A stretch of 63,994 nt of DNA, filler included, from Fonticula-like sp. SCN 57-25 (lineage: Eukaryota): the NCBI GenBank assembly GCA_001724245.1. It is 7 parts of 7 records of this genome, joined end to end, with 100 filler letters (N's around TTAATTAATTAA, not from the genome) between each part and the next. Parts side by side here need not be neighbours in the genome. Positions count along the whole stretch, not along the records: positions 27,545 to 36,537 come from MEDX01000276.1; positions 36,638 to 45,625 come from MEDX01000277.1; positions 45,726 to 55,409 come from MEDX01000278.1; 4 more parts are not named here. The stretch is one strand, 5' to 3'. Shown here in pieces: positions 34,421 to 46,117 of the stretch (the first letter of the stretch is position 1; every line of letters starts with the position of its first letter). Below the pieces are notes generated by a model. That model saw only the letters and a list, made by a program, of their open reading frames with translations, searched no databases and was not told where the DNA came from. A program made the translations under genes and the position numbers.

Positions 34421-36537
34421 ATGCACGACCCGGGTGAGGGGACAGCTGAAGAGACGGCAATGCGGGAAGGAGCCGCGGCGTCGGGTGCCGCGGTAGAGGT
34501 CCCAAAGATCAAGATGAGGAGATCGTCGTCGAATGTAATTGAAGACGTGCGTTGGGGAGAGGGTGGGCGTAATGGCGGGCGCTAATTGATGGTTGCGCTG
34601 GTAGGCGGCCGCTGCGGGGGTTGATCTCTTTAGTCGGCCAACGGCGCGCAAGCCGGCGCGCGGGCCGAACGAGTTGCACGTGAGCACGTCGGAGCAGAGG
34701 CGAGGCAGTGAGGTGCGCAATCATTTGCCTTGCTTGATGGCGCTCGCGTGATTGAACAAAGTGGTTAACGGTTTTATTGCACGTAGGAAACGGAAGCTAC
34801 CGGATCCCCACGCCGTCAGTCTGGCGCGACGCTGTCCTCGCTGACGACGCTTTCATCGCGTCGGTCTTCGTCGCGGACCGTCGAGCTCCCCTGGCTGGAT
34901 GTTGCCGGGGGCACGGCGACCAACTCTCCGCTCCACTCGATCCGCCGCATCGACTTGAACTCGCCGCATCTCGCCGACATGCTTGACGAGTCGTCGCCCT
35001 TTTTCGACCTCGCCGCTGCGGCCGCCATGGACGACTCGCCGCGCGTGCACATGCGCCGCGGTTCATCTCACACAATTTCTCTGACGATTCTGGACAATGC
35101 GCTGCTGGCGGCCGGCGTCCCTCGTCCGCCGCGCCGCGGGTCCGCCGAGACGGACGACTCTGGCCACTCGCCGAGCCTGCCGCGGTCGAGCCTCGGCACG
35201 TTCTCGCGCGGCGACTCGGGCGACCGCGAGTACTTTGCGAGGCACGGTTTTGCCGAGTCGCCCGTGCGCGGCTCGTCCCTCGAGCGGCACTCGTTCCTGA
35301 GGAATCCGTCGCCGTACGACGCGCAGCCGGCAGAGAAGGAGCTCGGGATGCGCAAGGGAAACTCGTCGTCGAGCACAGTGTCGGAGGAGGGCGCGCTCGC
35401 GGCGGCGTACTACCAGCAGCTGCGCGCGCGCCATGAGCGGCTCCAGCCGTCGCAGCCGTCGTCGCCAGAGCGGCTCGCGGGCAAGAAGGCGGCCGAGGTG
35501 CTGGCCGAGGCGCAGGCGGCGGTAAGTGCAGCTAAATTGGCGGCGTCCGAGGCGTCATTGCAAGAGACGGCCGAGCCTGAAAAGGGGTACGAAACGACGC
35601 TTTTTCCGCCTTTTGTTGCTAAACGTTCATTTTTCCTTTTTGTCACAGAAAAATGCGCATTCGCGTTCAGTGCCTTGAAAAATTCAAAGGCGAGGACCTT
35701 TCCGAAACCAAAATCTTTGACGTTACCGAAGACATGCTTGTTGACGATCTGCTTCACAAGACGTGCAAGCGCTTCTGCAAGTGGGACAGCTGGAAGTACG
35801 CTTTCCTCGCTGACGGCGGTCGGTGGCTCCGCCCAGGGTCGAGCATGAGCGAGAGCGGCGTCAAGGAAGGCGTACGCGCATATTTAATTTGCACATTTGA
35901 TCGCTAACAACGCGACTTTTTATGCAAACTAGTCCACTTTGCAGCTTCGCGTGCGCACTGCGTCGTACTTTACCGACTCGGACGCCCCCGCGACGTATGA
36001 CAAGTCTGTCGGCCCCCGCGCCTTCCCCTTTCTCAAAAAGACGCACAAGATCTCGAAAAAGATGATCAAGGGCGGCGTGTACCTTTCCGTGCTGCTCTTC
36101 AGCGACGACCGGCGCATTCTGATGACCCCCAGCGGCCGCCTCCCGACCGTCCTCGTCGACGGCGCCTCCGCCGAGCGCTACAACCTCTACAGCGACGACT
36201 TTTTGGCCTTTTCGCGGCAGGTCAAGGAGATGGAACAGCACTTTGTCCCTCTTTCGGACGCCGCCGCCGCCGCTTCCAGCGCTTCTCGCGCGTCAACACT
36301 GCTGCTCGGTGCGTCAGAATCAATGACAACACTCGAGACTGCTGCTGCTTCCGCTGCTGGTGAAGAAGAAGAATCCGCCACGAGCCGCTCGCACGCCAAA
36401 ATGGTTTCCCGCGCCGTCCAGCGCCTCTGCCGCATGCTCTTCCTCGACAACCTCGGCCACTTTTACGGCGAGCCGCTGCGCGTCGAGTCGGCCGAGAGCG
36501 CGCTTCTGCTCGCGATGCGCTACGTGCACGACCCCGA
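34421..36537 (+). CDS. Protein with ubiquitin-like region and ANKFN1/wide-awake-like domain, multi-exon, 3' truncated
   Basis: Exon chain reconstructed from ATG 34421; KGGVYLSVLLFSDDRRILMTPSGRLPTVLVD and LDNLGHFYGEPL resemble the ANKFN1 conserved region. Confidence 0.65.
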
Positions 36538-36637
36538 NNNNNNNNNNNNNNNNNNNNNNNNNNNNNNNNNNNNNNNNNNNNTTAATTAATTAANNNNNNN
36601 NNNNNNNNNNNNNNNNNNNNNNNNNNNNNNNNNNNNN
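36538..36637. other. Artificial contig spacer
   Basis: N44-TTAATTAATTAA-N44. Confidence 0.98.
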
Positions 36638-38939
36638 CAATCTTGCCATCGGGCCCGACGAGCGTCGGAAAGTAGTGCACGCGGACCGTCTCGACAATGT
36701 CACTTCCGAGCAGCGTGTCCGACTTGATGTGCAGCTTGTACTCAATGTCGCCCTCGGCGAGCACCGGCGGCGTGTTGACGTGGAAAGCGGCCTTGAGCAT
36801 GAGCGCCGAGTCGTCGCCCGAGCGCGTCAGGAGGCGCGCCTCCTTGATGTCGTGCACAAAGCGGCCCTCGGGGCCAAACAGCAGCATCACAAACGTGTGC
36901 TCGCGGTCGGGCATGTCGTACGCGGGAACGCGCAGCAGCTCGGGCGTCGACTTGCCAGCGGTCTCTTCCGCGTCGGAAAAGTCAGACTCGTCGGCGGCGT
37001 CCTCGGCGGCTTCGGGGGCAGCGTCGGCGGGAGCGGGCGTCGAGCCGCGGCCCTTTTTCTTGCCGCTCGCGGCGGCCTTTTTGCCAGCGGCGGCAGCGGC
37101 GGCGGCGCGCTTGGCCAAAAAGGTGGTCTCGGCGGCGGCCTGCTCGTCCGTAAGGCCACCGAGGCGGACATAGTACGACACGGTGATCGTGCACACGCTG
37201 CCAAAGCGCACAACCGACGCTGCAAGCACAGGCTGTCAGTATCCGCTCAAAAGAACCACAAGAAACGTACGGGTAACGACGATGCGCTTGTGCTGGAGGA
37301 CGGGAATGCGCGCAATGACGGCCTGGACGTCGGCGCACTGCTCCTTGTTGAGGTTGGCGGCGAGCAGCTCACTTTACATACGTCAGCACAAACCAACACT
37401 CGCAGAAAAGGCGCACTTTCTCTCGGTCTCGCCGAGGGTGAGCAGCGAGCGGATGCTGCGGAGCGCCTCCTTCTTGCGGCCCTTGTTGATCTTGGCGAGG
37501 AGCGCCGCGTCAAAGTGCGGCAGCTGCTGGAACGACGCCGCGTCGAGGTTGTGCAGCGTCCACACGCCCTGCGCAATCATCTGGCTCGACTCGATGGCGC
37601 GCAGCGAGAGGTCGGCGAGCGGCTGGAAGGGCAGCTTGCTCTTGGGGAATTCGCGGCGGCCAAAATCGTGCAGGGCGCCTTCCATGACGCCGAGCTGAGC
37701 GAGCCGGCGCAGCAGCTTGAGCGACTGCTGCACGACAAAGGTGTGCTCCTCTTCATAGTCGGCAGGGACCAACGTCAGGCGGTGCGTCTGCGCGTACAGG
37801 TGAAGAAGCACCTTGCGAAGGTGCGGGCGCAGGTTCTGCAAGAAAAAATGTGTTGGAAAAATGCATTAAAAAAGCCAGCGCGCACCTTGGGCGGGCGGAC
37901 AAAGCCCTTGGCGATCTCGATGGCGGCCTCGATCTCCCCGTCCGTCTCGCGCTCCTTGACGCCCTCGATAAACTCGGGGCTCTTGTAGAGGATCTCGATC
38001 ATGTCGTTGTGGATGATGTGCAGCGGGCGGTTGTTGTTGAGCGCGGGGCGGTAAAAGTCCTTCCAGAGGTAGTAGCGGTACGTGTCAACGTTCTGCTGAA
38101 GAACGTCGTCGTCGAGAAGGTTGCGGTTGCGCTTCCACCAGCGCCACATGAACACGACAACAAGCACAAGGAAGGTCATGTACGCAAGGAGAAGCTGCGA
38201 GGTACAGTCAGCGGGGGCAAGCACAATATCCGCGCGCGTACGAGCTTGGAGTTGTGGCCCGACGTCAGCGCGCTGGGGAGCGCTACACCGGCGGAAATGG
38301 AGCGCGCGTCAGTGTCGCCGTGCTGCTCCCACTCGGCAAGGGCGTCCTCGTTGGTCAGGCTGAAAAGTGGTCAGTACGCGAGATGCACTAACCTGTGTAC
38401 GCACATCTTGTACGCCTTGGCAAGGATAACGAAACGACGGTTGGCCTCCTCCTCATTGCCCTTGTTCTTGTCAGGATGCCACTGGAGAGAGAGGGCGCGG
38501 TACGCCGCGCGGATCTCGGCCTTGGACGCTCCCTATAAAAGTGGAATGGGCGTGAGCATGGGTAGTGGCGCGCAGGGGACAAACCTCCTCAAGCTGCAGT
38601 TCGGTGTACGGATTGAAGCGAAGATCAGTCTCAAACTGGGCCTGGCTCAGGTTGTACGCCATGAGACCAAAGATAACCCAAATGACGCAAAAAATAATAG
38701 TTCTACGCCGCTCGTTTAGCACGCGGGATCTCGTAAGATTTCGTCACGCACCCATTCGATGGCCGGCGGCTTGTCTTGCGAGTGGGCGCCGCGGGCTCGC
38801 TCTTGCGCGTGATCAGACCGACCAGCCAGCGCAGCGTGTACGGCACGAGGAAAAGGCCGATAAGCGTGGTCGCAAAGAAGAGGAACGTCGTCCCCGACTC
38901 ATCGTACTCGTACTTTAACCGGCCGTCTCCGCCCGCCAT
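36638..38939 (-). CDS. SEC63: Translocon J-protein Sec63, multi-exon, 3' truncated
   Basis: YEYDESGTTFLFF, FNPYTEL, J-domain WHPDKN, YGEHGDTD, Sec63/Brl domain QQLPHF and IKSDTLLGSD. Confidence 0.9.
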
Positions 38940-39304
38940 GATCACAACCGGCGCAGAACAGCCACGTGATCCCGCAAACTGCAAACTTCGGTCAGTTGAG
39001 CTTTTCCTCCGCGCAAGACAAGGTGCGCAAGAGTTTCAGGCAGGTAAGGGAACAAAAGTGTCGCGTTCGTGTACTATAAAGACCAAGTGGCGAACTCTGA
39101 GCTCAAGCGAGTCTCGCGCACACATGTCAAGGTTTTTTTTAGTGTAGTTTTTTTTTCTCCTTCTATTTTCTCGTTTGTGGAGCAAGTTCGTTGCGCAAGC
39201 ACAACTCCCATCCCCGCACTCCCACCTTGAGACCCGCATGCTGACGTTCAAGCGCGCGCGCGCGTTTTCTCAAGAACAGTTTCTTTTCGAGCGACACAGG
39301 AGCC

Positions 39305-40066
39305 ATGGGTCGCCGCATGGGAGCTTCGCTGCACGTCAGCGGCATCAGCGACGAGACCAAGTACGTCCGCTATTGGCCTTGACGGTGCTCTGACGAAATT
39401 TTTAGGACGGAGGAGATCACCGCCGTCTTTGAGGAGATCGGCCCGGTCCGCGATGTTTACCGCCCGGTGGTGCGCGCTTTTTTCAGTGCCTTGTGCGCCC
39501 TTCCTAATGCTGCACTACAGGATTTCTACACCAAGAAGCTCCGCGGCTTCTGCTATGTCGAGTTCCGCGATGACCGCGATGCCGAGACCGCGTACCGCAA
39601 GCTCGAGGACGCTGAGATTGCCGGCCGCCGCATCCGCATCCAGTGGGCCAAGGGCGAGCGCAAGACGCCCGGCCAGATGTCGACGCGCGACCGCTCCCGC
39701 TCCCGCTCGCGCGATCGTCGCCGCCGTTCGCGCTCTCGTTCCCGCGATCGCCGCCGTTCGCGTTCCCGCTCGCGCTCCCGTGACCGCCGCCGTCGCTCGC
39801 GCTCGCCGCCGCGCCGTCGCCGCTCGCCCTCCCCCGCGCGCCGCCGTTCGCCGTCCCCCCGCCGCCGCTCGCCTTCGCCCGCCCGCCGCCGCTCGCCCTC
39901 TCCTGCCCGCGGACGTTCGCCGTCCCCTGCCCGCGACCGCTCCGCCTCCCCGGCGCGCGGACGCAGCGGCTCGCCCGCTAGGAGGTGCGCTCTTTTTAAG
40001 GCTCTGTGAATGCGATGGCTAACGGACTGTGACAGCCGCAGCGCATCGCCTGCTGCCGACAACTAA
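39305..40066 (+). CDS. SR splicing factor (SRSF10/SCL-like): single RRM plus RS domain, multi-exon
   Basis: GPVRDVYRPVDFYTKKLRGFCYVEF..IQWAKGERKTPGQM followed by RSRS/RRSPSP repeats. Confidence 0.9.
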
Positions 40067-41074
40067 ACTGGGACGAGATCAATAAAATGGAAATAAGGGT
40101 TTATTAAAGGCTGACGCCTGAGTGGACACAAAGATAAAAAAACACTAATGTTGGTACACAAATAAGAAAAGGCTTTGCTCATGACGTTCAGGCGGGCGGC
40201 GAGTCTGGTATAAATAAAAAGGCTGCCAGACAGAGCGCGGCCGATGGCGGCAGGAGCGCGGCCTTGGTGGGCATGTTTAGCTTGGCGAGCAGCTCCGCGC
40301 CCAGGGCGGTAAGGAACCGGACTGCGCACATGGACGCAATAACCACAATGATGCACCAGTGGAGCGCCAGTTGAAGGACGGCTGCCGTGGCCTGCATCAC
40401 CACCGAGACTATTGTTGGCATCGGGCCATGGTGGTTGGCGTTTGCTGAATTCAAGAGATCGCGCCTCGATATCGTAGCGCGAACGATCGCAACGGGGGCG
40501 GGACTGCTGCCCATTGCCGTGCTAGAAAAAGTCCTTGGGGAGGAGGGCGAGGATGGGCTCGATGCCATGACGCGTGTGAAGTGTTGTTGTGCCGACCCGT
40601 CCGTGACGCAGACACGCGAGCGTCTCCTGGCCAATGGTAGGACCGTGCGCCGTGGAGAGCGCTTTTCATTGGTCGAGTGATGACCAATCAGGGGCTCGTT
40701 TGGTCAGACGAAACGCGAGTCGTGGGAGATGCCCCTTGCACGTTTGTGACAGCAAAGTGGGTAAAGCAGCTTGGGAGGCGCAGGAGGCGAATGCATTGGG
40801 CATGCGTAAATAGGGCAAATGCGGAGACAAGGGGGTCGTAGATTTTGTATTGAGATACCATGAGCGTAAAATAGGTTCTTGAGGCGGTCATGCACGGCCC
40901 ACGCGCGATGTACATCAGAGTATAATACTGCGGCGGACCAGCAAAGTTAAATGAGGCATGCGCATGTACTTTATGCCCTTTCAGCTTTAGCCGGGTGCCT
41001 TTTCTGAAGTCCCGAAAGAAAGATGTACGTCCACATAACCCCTCCTTCAACATATGGTCGATTTATCAATCATC

Positions 41075-42711
41075 ATGCCCTCGGTGGTCATCGTCGGTGC
41101 GGGGTACAAACAGGGACCGCTGCCGGTAGCATGGTTGGCTAACCCCCGCTTTTCAGCTTTGGTGGCATTCTCTGCGGCATTCGCCTGCAGGCCGAAGGGT
41201 TTGACTATGAGATCCACGAAAAGAACTCTGATCTCGGAGGCGTGTGGAACAACAACACGTACCCCGGCTGCGGCTGCGACATTCCGTCGCACATGTACAG
41301 CGTGTCATCTGATTTGAACCCAAACTGGACCGAATTCTACTCCAAGCAGCCCGAGATCAAGGCGTACGCCAAGTCTGTCGCTGATCGCCACAACGTTTCG
41401 CGTCATGTGCGGCTTGGATCCCAGGTGCTCGGCATGGCATGGAACGAGGGCACCAGCGAGTGGACCGTGACTGTCCGCAGCGTCGCGACTGGCGTCGAGT
41501 CCAGCATCACGTGCCGCTATGTCATTCTTGCAAGCGGCGGCCTCCACATCCCGCAGTTCCCCACGACGCTCAAGGGCTTTGGCGATTTTAGCGGCCCCGC
41601 CTTTCATTCCTCCGAGTGGGATCACTCGGCAGACTATGCCGGCAAGCGCGTGGCGATCGTTGGCAGCGCTGCGAGCGCGGTCCAGATCCTTCCCGAGGTT
41701 GCCAAGACGGCGTCCAAGGTGACGGTCTACCAGCGCACGGCCAACTGGGTCGTCCCGCGGCACCAGTTCCGGTACCCCGCGTGGCTAAAGTGGCTCTTTC
41801 AGAATGTGCCCGGCACGATGCTGCTGCACCGTTGGACGCTCTTTGCGGTGCTCGACGCGCGCATTGTCGGCTTTACCACAAAGGGCGGCATCTTTAACCG
41901 CCTCCTCAAGTTGGACTGCCTTAGCCTGCTCAAAAAGTCGGTCAAGGACGAGAGCGTCCGTCGCAAGCTGCGGCCGACCATTACCCCCGGCTGCAAGCGC
42001 GTGCTCGTGTCGGATGACTTTTACGCCACATTTAACCGGCCAAACGTGCAGCTCGTGACATCGCCGATTGAGCACATTGCGACGGGCGGCATTGTCAGCG
42101 CCGAGGAAGGCCTCGTCGAGGCCGACATTGTCGTGTACGCGACGGGCTTCAAGGTGCAGGACATGTTTAGCCAGGTCTCTATCAAGGGCCGCGCGGGCCA
42201 CGCTCTGCCGCCGGCCCCATCGGCGGGCGCCGATAGCACCGGGTTGGAGGGGTACTATGGAACGCTCGTCCACGGCTTCCCGAACCTCTTCACCATTATG
42301 GGGCCCAACACGGGCACGGGGCACATGTCGGTCATCAGCTTCATCGAGTGCCAGCTGACGCTCATCACAAAGCTCATGCGCGGTGCGCGCGAGACAGGCG
42401 CGGCGTCCGTCGAGGTGACCGCCGAGGCTCAGGAAAAGTTTAACAAGGACATTCAGGAGCAGTTCAAGGGCACCGTGTGGACGTCAGGCAACTGCACGAG
42501 CTGGTATCAGGACTCGACGGGGCGCGTGCTCGCCCTGTGGCCCACGACGGCGACGCAGTTTTGGTGGCAGACGCGCGAGCCAAACTGGGACCACTACGTG
42601 CTCAAGGGCGCGGAGCGCAGGGTGTCGAGGCCGTCGACGCTGAAGCGCGCCCTCAAACTGGCCATTGTTCTCGCGTTTGTATACTTTATGAAGCGCCTTT
42701 TGCGCCGGTAG
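41075..42711 (+). CDS. Baeyer-Villiger-type flavin monooxygenase (one intron inside the first GxG motif)
   Basis: VVIVGAGFGG, GGVWNNNTYPGCGCDIP, fingerprint FSGPAFHSSEW, IVGSAASAVQ, GCKRVL, ATGF; C-terminal hydrophobic anchor. Confidence 0.95.
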
Positions 42712-42851
42712 ATTGTGTATAAATGAAGGATCTAGAATATTTTCATGAGCATTCCTTTTGGCAACTTTTGGATCCCCGCATGACAGATTGTCAGTCCGCC
42801 ATCGTCCGATATATCCACGTGGCCGTCAACCCGCGTGTCCTACCAGGGACG

Positions 42852-44912
42852 ATGGGGGGTCGCGTGGTTCTTGCCGCCGCCATGGTGGCGGTGCTGTGCG
42901 CCGTTGCCTCTGCAGTGCCGCTGAATGTGACGCAGGGAATGCTCACTCCGCCCTTTGGTGTTGCTGATTTTGGCGAGAGTGTCGCCGTTGCCGCTAATGG
43001 GACGTCTGGCTGGATTGTGGCCGTCGGCGCCCCGTCGGGATCCGGCTCTGTGCGCCTTTACGCTTGCTCGTCGTCGACGACGTGCACCCTTGGTGTGACG
43101 CTCTCAAAGAGCAGCTCTGTTGGTAATTCTGCGTTTGGCCGCAGCGTTGCTCTGTCGGATGTCATCGACGGTGTGGTGCATGTTGCCGTGGGCATCCCCG
43201 GCGAGTCCGAGGTCCGCGCGTACGAGTGCTCCTCGGCCTTTTCTTGCGAGGAGCCGCGCTCCGTGAACCCGACCAACATTACGCGCGCGGACGGCTTTGG
43301 TAACTCTCTGTCGATTACCGGGGGCCTTCTTGTCATCGGCGCGCCCTACACGCGCCTCAATGGCCAGTCGACCGGCGCGGCGTACGTGTGCAACATCACC
43401 GAGCCCACGCTTCTCCTGCACATGCTCCCCACGCCGACGCCCGCTCTCAATGACCGCACCGGCTACTCTGTCTCTGCCTGGGGCGATCTTGTTGTCGTTG
43501 GCGCCTTCATGCGCAAGTCGACGGAAGGCGTCATCGGCTCCGCGCTCATCTTCAACTGCCCGTCCGCCGCCGCCTGCGCATTTGGCATGGAGATCAAGCC
43601 GTCGAACGCACTTGATTCTAACGCGTACTATGGCTGGTCTGTTTCGGCCTCGAATGGCCTGGTGACTGTGGGCGCCTTTGCTGGCTCGACCAACTCGTCC
43701 GGCGCCGTGTACGTGTACAGCTGCCCGACGCCGACCTCGTGCGACGTTGCAAACGCGCTCCGCCTGACAAGCAACGACCCCATTGACGCCGGCAGCTTTG
43801 GCGAGACGGTCGCCATCACCGAGACCGGCCGCCTCTTTGTCGGCGAGCGCCGCTGGGCCACGTCGTACGTGTCGAACCAGGGTGCCGTCGAGGTGTTCAC
43901 CTGCGCGGGCGCCTCGTGCACGTACCAGTCGCGCATGGTGTCGCGCGAGCCCCGCGCGTACGAGGTTCTCGGATCGAGCCTCGGCGCGTACCGCTCGTTT
44001 TTGGTTGCTGGTGCCATGGGCCGCGCGGTGGGCGGCGCTGCGTACGCCGCGTCCTGCTTTGGCGCGTCGTGCGAGGCGTGCTCGATGGGCTGCGCTTCGC
44101 CGTGCAGCGAGACGACCGGCGAGTGCGCCACTTGCCGCCCGCGTTGGACCGGCTCAAGCTGCAGCGAGTGCGGCGCCGGCTGGGTGCTCACGGAGCTCGA
44201 GGACGACTGCGACTGCCCCGCCGGCTTTTACGGCCCGTCATGCGCTGCGTGCCCCGGCGTCGACTGCGGCGCGCACGGCACATGCAATGATGGCACGGCC
44301 GGGGACGGCCTCTGCAAGTGCGTCCGCGGCTTTGACGGCGACGACTGCGAGGACTGCGCGGCCGGCTTTTACGGCGAGGGGTGCGCGCTCTGCCCCGACA
44401 ACGGCTGCCACCTGCACGGCAGCTGCGTCGACGGTCGCAGCGGGAACGGAACGTGCGCGTGCAACGCCGGGTGGGGCGGCGAGGCGTGCCTCGAGTGCCT
44501 GCCGGGCCACTATGGGCCCAGCTGCCTTCCGTGCGACGAGCGGTGCGAGCACGGGTGCTTTGAGGGCCTCGCGGGCAACGGCACGTGCATGTGTACCGAG
44601 TCGTGCTACGAGCTCGGGTACTGCAGCCCGACAGCCACGTGCTCGTGCAAGAGCGGGTACTACCTCGATGAGAACGACGAATGCATCGTCGCGTCTGTCT
44701 CGCCGGCTGCGCTCGGCATCCTCATCACTGTTATTGTTGTGTTTGTCGTTGCCGTCGTCGCGATTGGTGGGTGGATGTGGTACCACCGCAGGCACAACCA
44801 GGGCTCGGTCAAGTCTTCGGCGTCTTACGCGCACATGCAGGAGGGCGAGGCCGGGCCAGCGATCAGCATGGTGTCGCTCGGGAACGACGAAGAACTGAGG
44901 GAGTCCGAGTAG
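42852..44912 (+). CDS. Single-pass surface protein: signal peptide, FG-GAP/integrin-alpha-like propeller, EGF/laminin-EGF repeats, TM, short tail
   Basis: Repeats FGESVAV..VAVGAP, FGRSVAL, FGNSLSI..VIGAP, YGWSVSA, FGETVAI; CDCPAGFYGPSC, CGAHGTCNDG..GDGLCKC; TM ALGILITVIVVFVVAVVAIGGW. Confidence 0.88.
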   Translation: MGGRVVLAAAMVAVLCAVASAVPLNVTQGMLTPPFGVADFGESVAVAANGTSGWIVAVGAPSGSGSVRLYACSSSTTCTLGVTLSKSSSVGNSAFGRSVALSDVIDGVVHVAVGIPGESEVRAYECSSAFSCEEPRSVNPTNITRADGFGNSLSITGGLLVIGAPYTRLNGQSTGAAYVCNITEPTLLLHMLPTPTPALNDRTGYSVSAWGDLVVVGAFMRKSTEGVIGSALIFNCPSAAACAFGMEIKPSNALDSNAYYGWSVSASNGLVTVGAFAGSTNSSGAVYVYSCPTPTSCDVANALRLTSNDPIDAGSFGETVAITETGRLFVGERRWATSYVSNQGAVEVFTCAGASCTYQSRMVSREPRAYEVLGSSLGAYRSFLVAGAMGRAVGGAAYAASCFGASCEACSMGCASPCSETTGECATCRPRWTGSSCSECGAGWVLTELEDDCDCPAGFYGPSCAACPGVDCGAHGTCNDGTAGDGLCKCVRGFDGDDCEDCAAGFYGEGCALCPDNGCHLHGSCVDGRSGNGTCACNAGWGGEACLECLPGHYGPSCLPCDERCEHGCFEGLAGNGTCMCTESCYELGYCSPTATCSCKSGYYLDENDECIVASVSPAALGILITVIVVFVVAVVAIGGWMWYHRRHNQGSVKSSASYAHMQEGEAGPAISMVSLGNDEELRESE

Positions 44913-45625
44913 GACAACATGGAAATGAGCAGTTTATACATGTAAAAGTGCATTATAGAATAGAATTTGAATACAAGGTCTTGCCAATAATGCAGTCGGA
45001 AAACATCCTCGCTTTCAAATGACTTTATCCTTAGTTGGCGAATAATGTCGTGAGTGCGGCGGACAAAGGGTCGCTTTGCAATGGTAAGCAGAAATGGAGC
45101 GGTGACGTGCTGGCAATCGGCCTGTACTGTAGCGCGGGCGTCCTCGGCGGCCAGGACTGCCCGGAGGTATCTAATCAAACGTGGCCAAGCCAGGCGGTGG
45201 CGAGTCTTTTGTCGCACAACGGTAGTGTCCGCGGCAGCTGCTGCACATAACACCAGAATAACGGGCCTTCAAGCCAACCACAAAACGTCGCAACGAAAGG
45301 AAAGCCGCACGATGCGGGGTTGTCCGGTCTGTGTCCGCTAGACGATTCACTGATTCAGTGACCTAGTCGACAAGACGACACAAACGCGGCACGCGCACGA
45401 CGGATCATCTCCGCCATATCAAGCCAAAGGTGCTGCCAAATAACCATATATTAGGCTACATCGTCAACAAAACGTAATACAAATCGCACAACCACGCAAC
45501 ATTCGATTGAATGCAGCCAACAACCCCCGCCGGCTTGCTCTGCTCTGTCATGTCAAAACAACCCAACTCCACCCCAGATTCCTAGCCATGCACTCAAGAC
45601 TTGCCCCCCATTGAAAAATTCGGGG

Positions 45626-45725
45626 NNNNNNNNNNNNNNNNNNNNNNNNNNNNNNNNNNNNNNNNNNNNTTAATTAATTAANNNNNNNNNNNNNNNNNNN
45701 NNNNNNNNNNNNNNNNNNNNNNNNN
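45626..45725. other. Artificial contig spacer
   Basis: N44-TTAATTAATTAA-N44. Confidence 0.98.
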
Positions 45726-46117
45726 ATTGAGAGGCGAAAGCGCGTGGGCGATCTCTAGCTGGAGGCGAGGGGCAAGCTGCTGCGACACTTGCTGCGACAG
45801 CTGCTGTGACAGATGCTGCGAAACGAGCGGCGCAAGCGCGCGCGCAAGCTCGCCGACATCCATCGCCGGCTCGCCGTCAGTCATTTGCTGACTCATCATT
45901 TGATTTGACACGAGGAAAAGCAAAGTCATTGCGAGGAAGGCTTATCAAAAGGAGTATGAACCACGCTACAATGCAACGATAACAAAGTGATACTGTGTAG
46001 AAAATGTAGAGATTTTATTATAAAGTAGTCATAATATGCTTTGGGTGCACCTCTTGTCTATCAATAAGTATTTTATTGCATCACACCATTAGAATTACAT
46101 TATCAATACAACATACA

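Noticed and set aside
33918-34505. 195-aa minus-strand ORF
   Set aside because: No motifs, no host-like codon pattern, and it overlaps the first exon of the plus-strand gene.
39690-39980. Tandem CGCTCGCC-like repeats
   Set aside because: Coding RS/SP repeats of the SR protein.
40188-40634. Small hydrophobic minus-strand ORF
   Set aside because: Could be a small orphan gene, but there is no family signal or splice support to call it.
44825-45341. Short overlapping ORFs after the FG-GAP gene
   Set aside because: No recognisable domain and conflicting frames.
45726-45929. Gln-rich N-terminal fragment (SQQLSQQVSQQL) running into the spacer
   Set aside because: Too short and truncated to assign.
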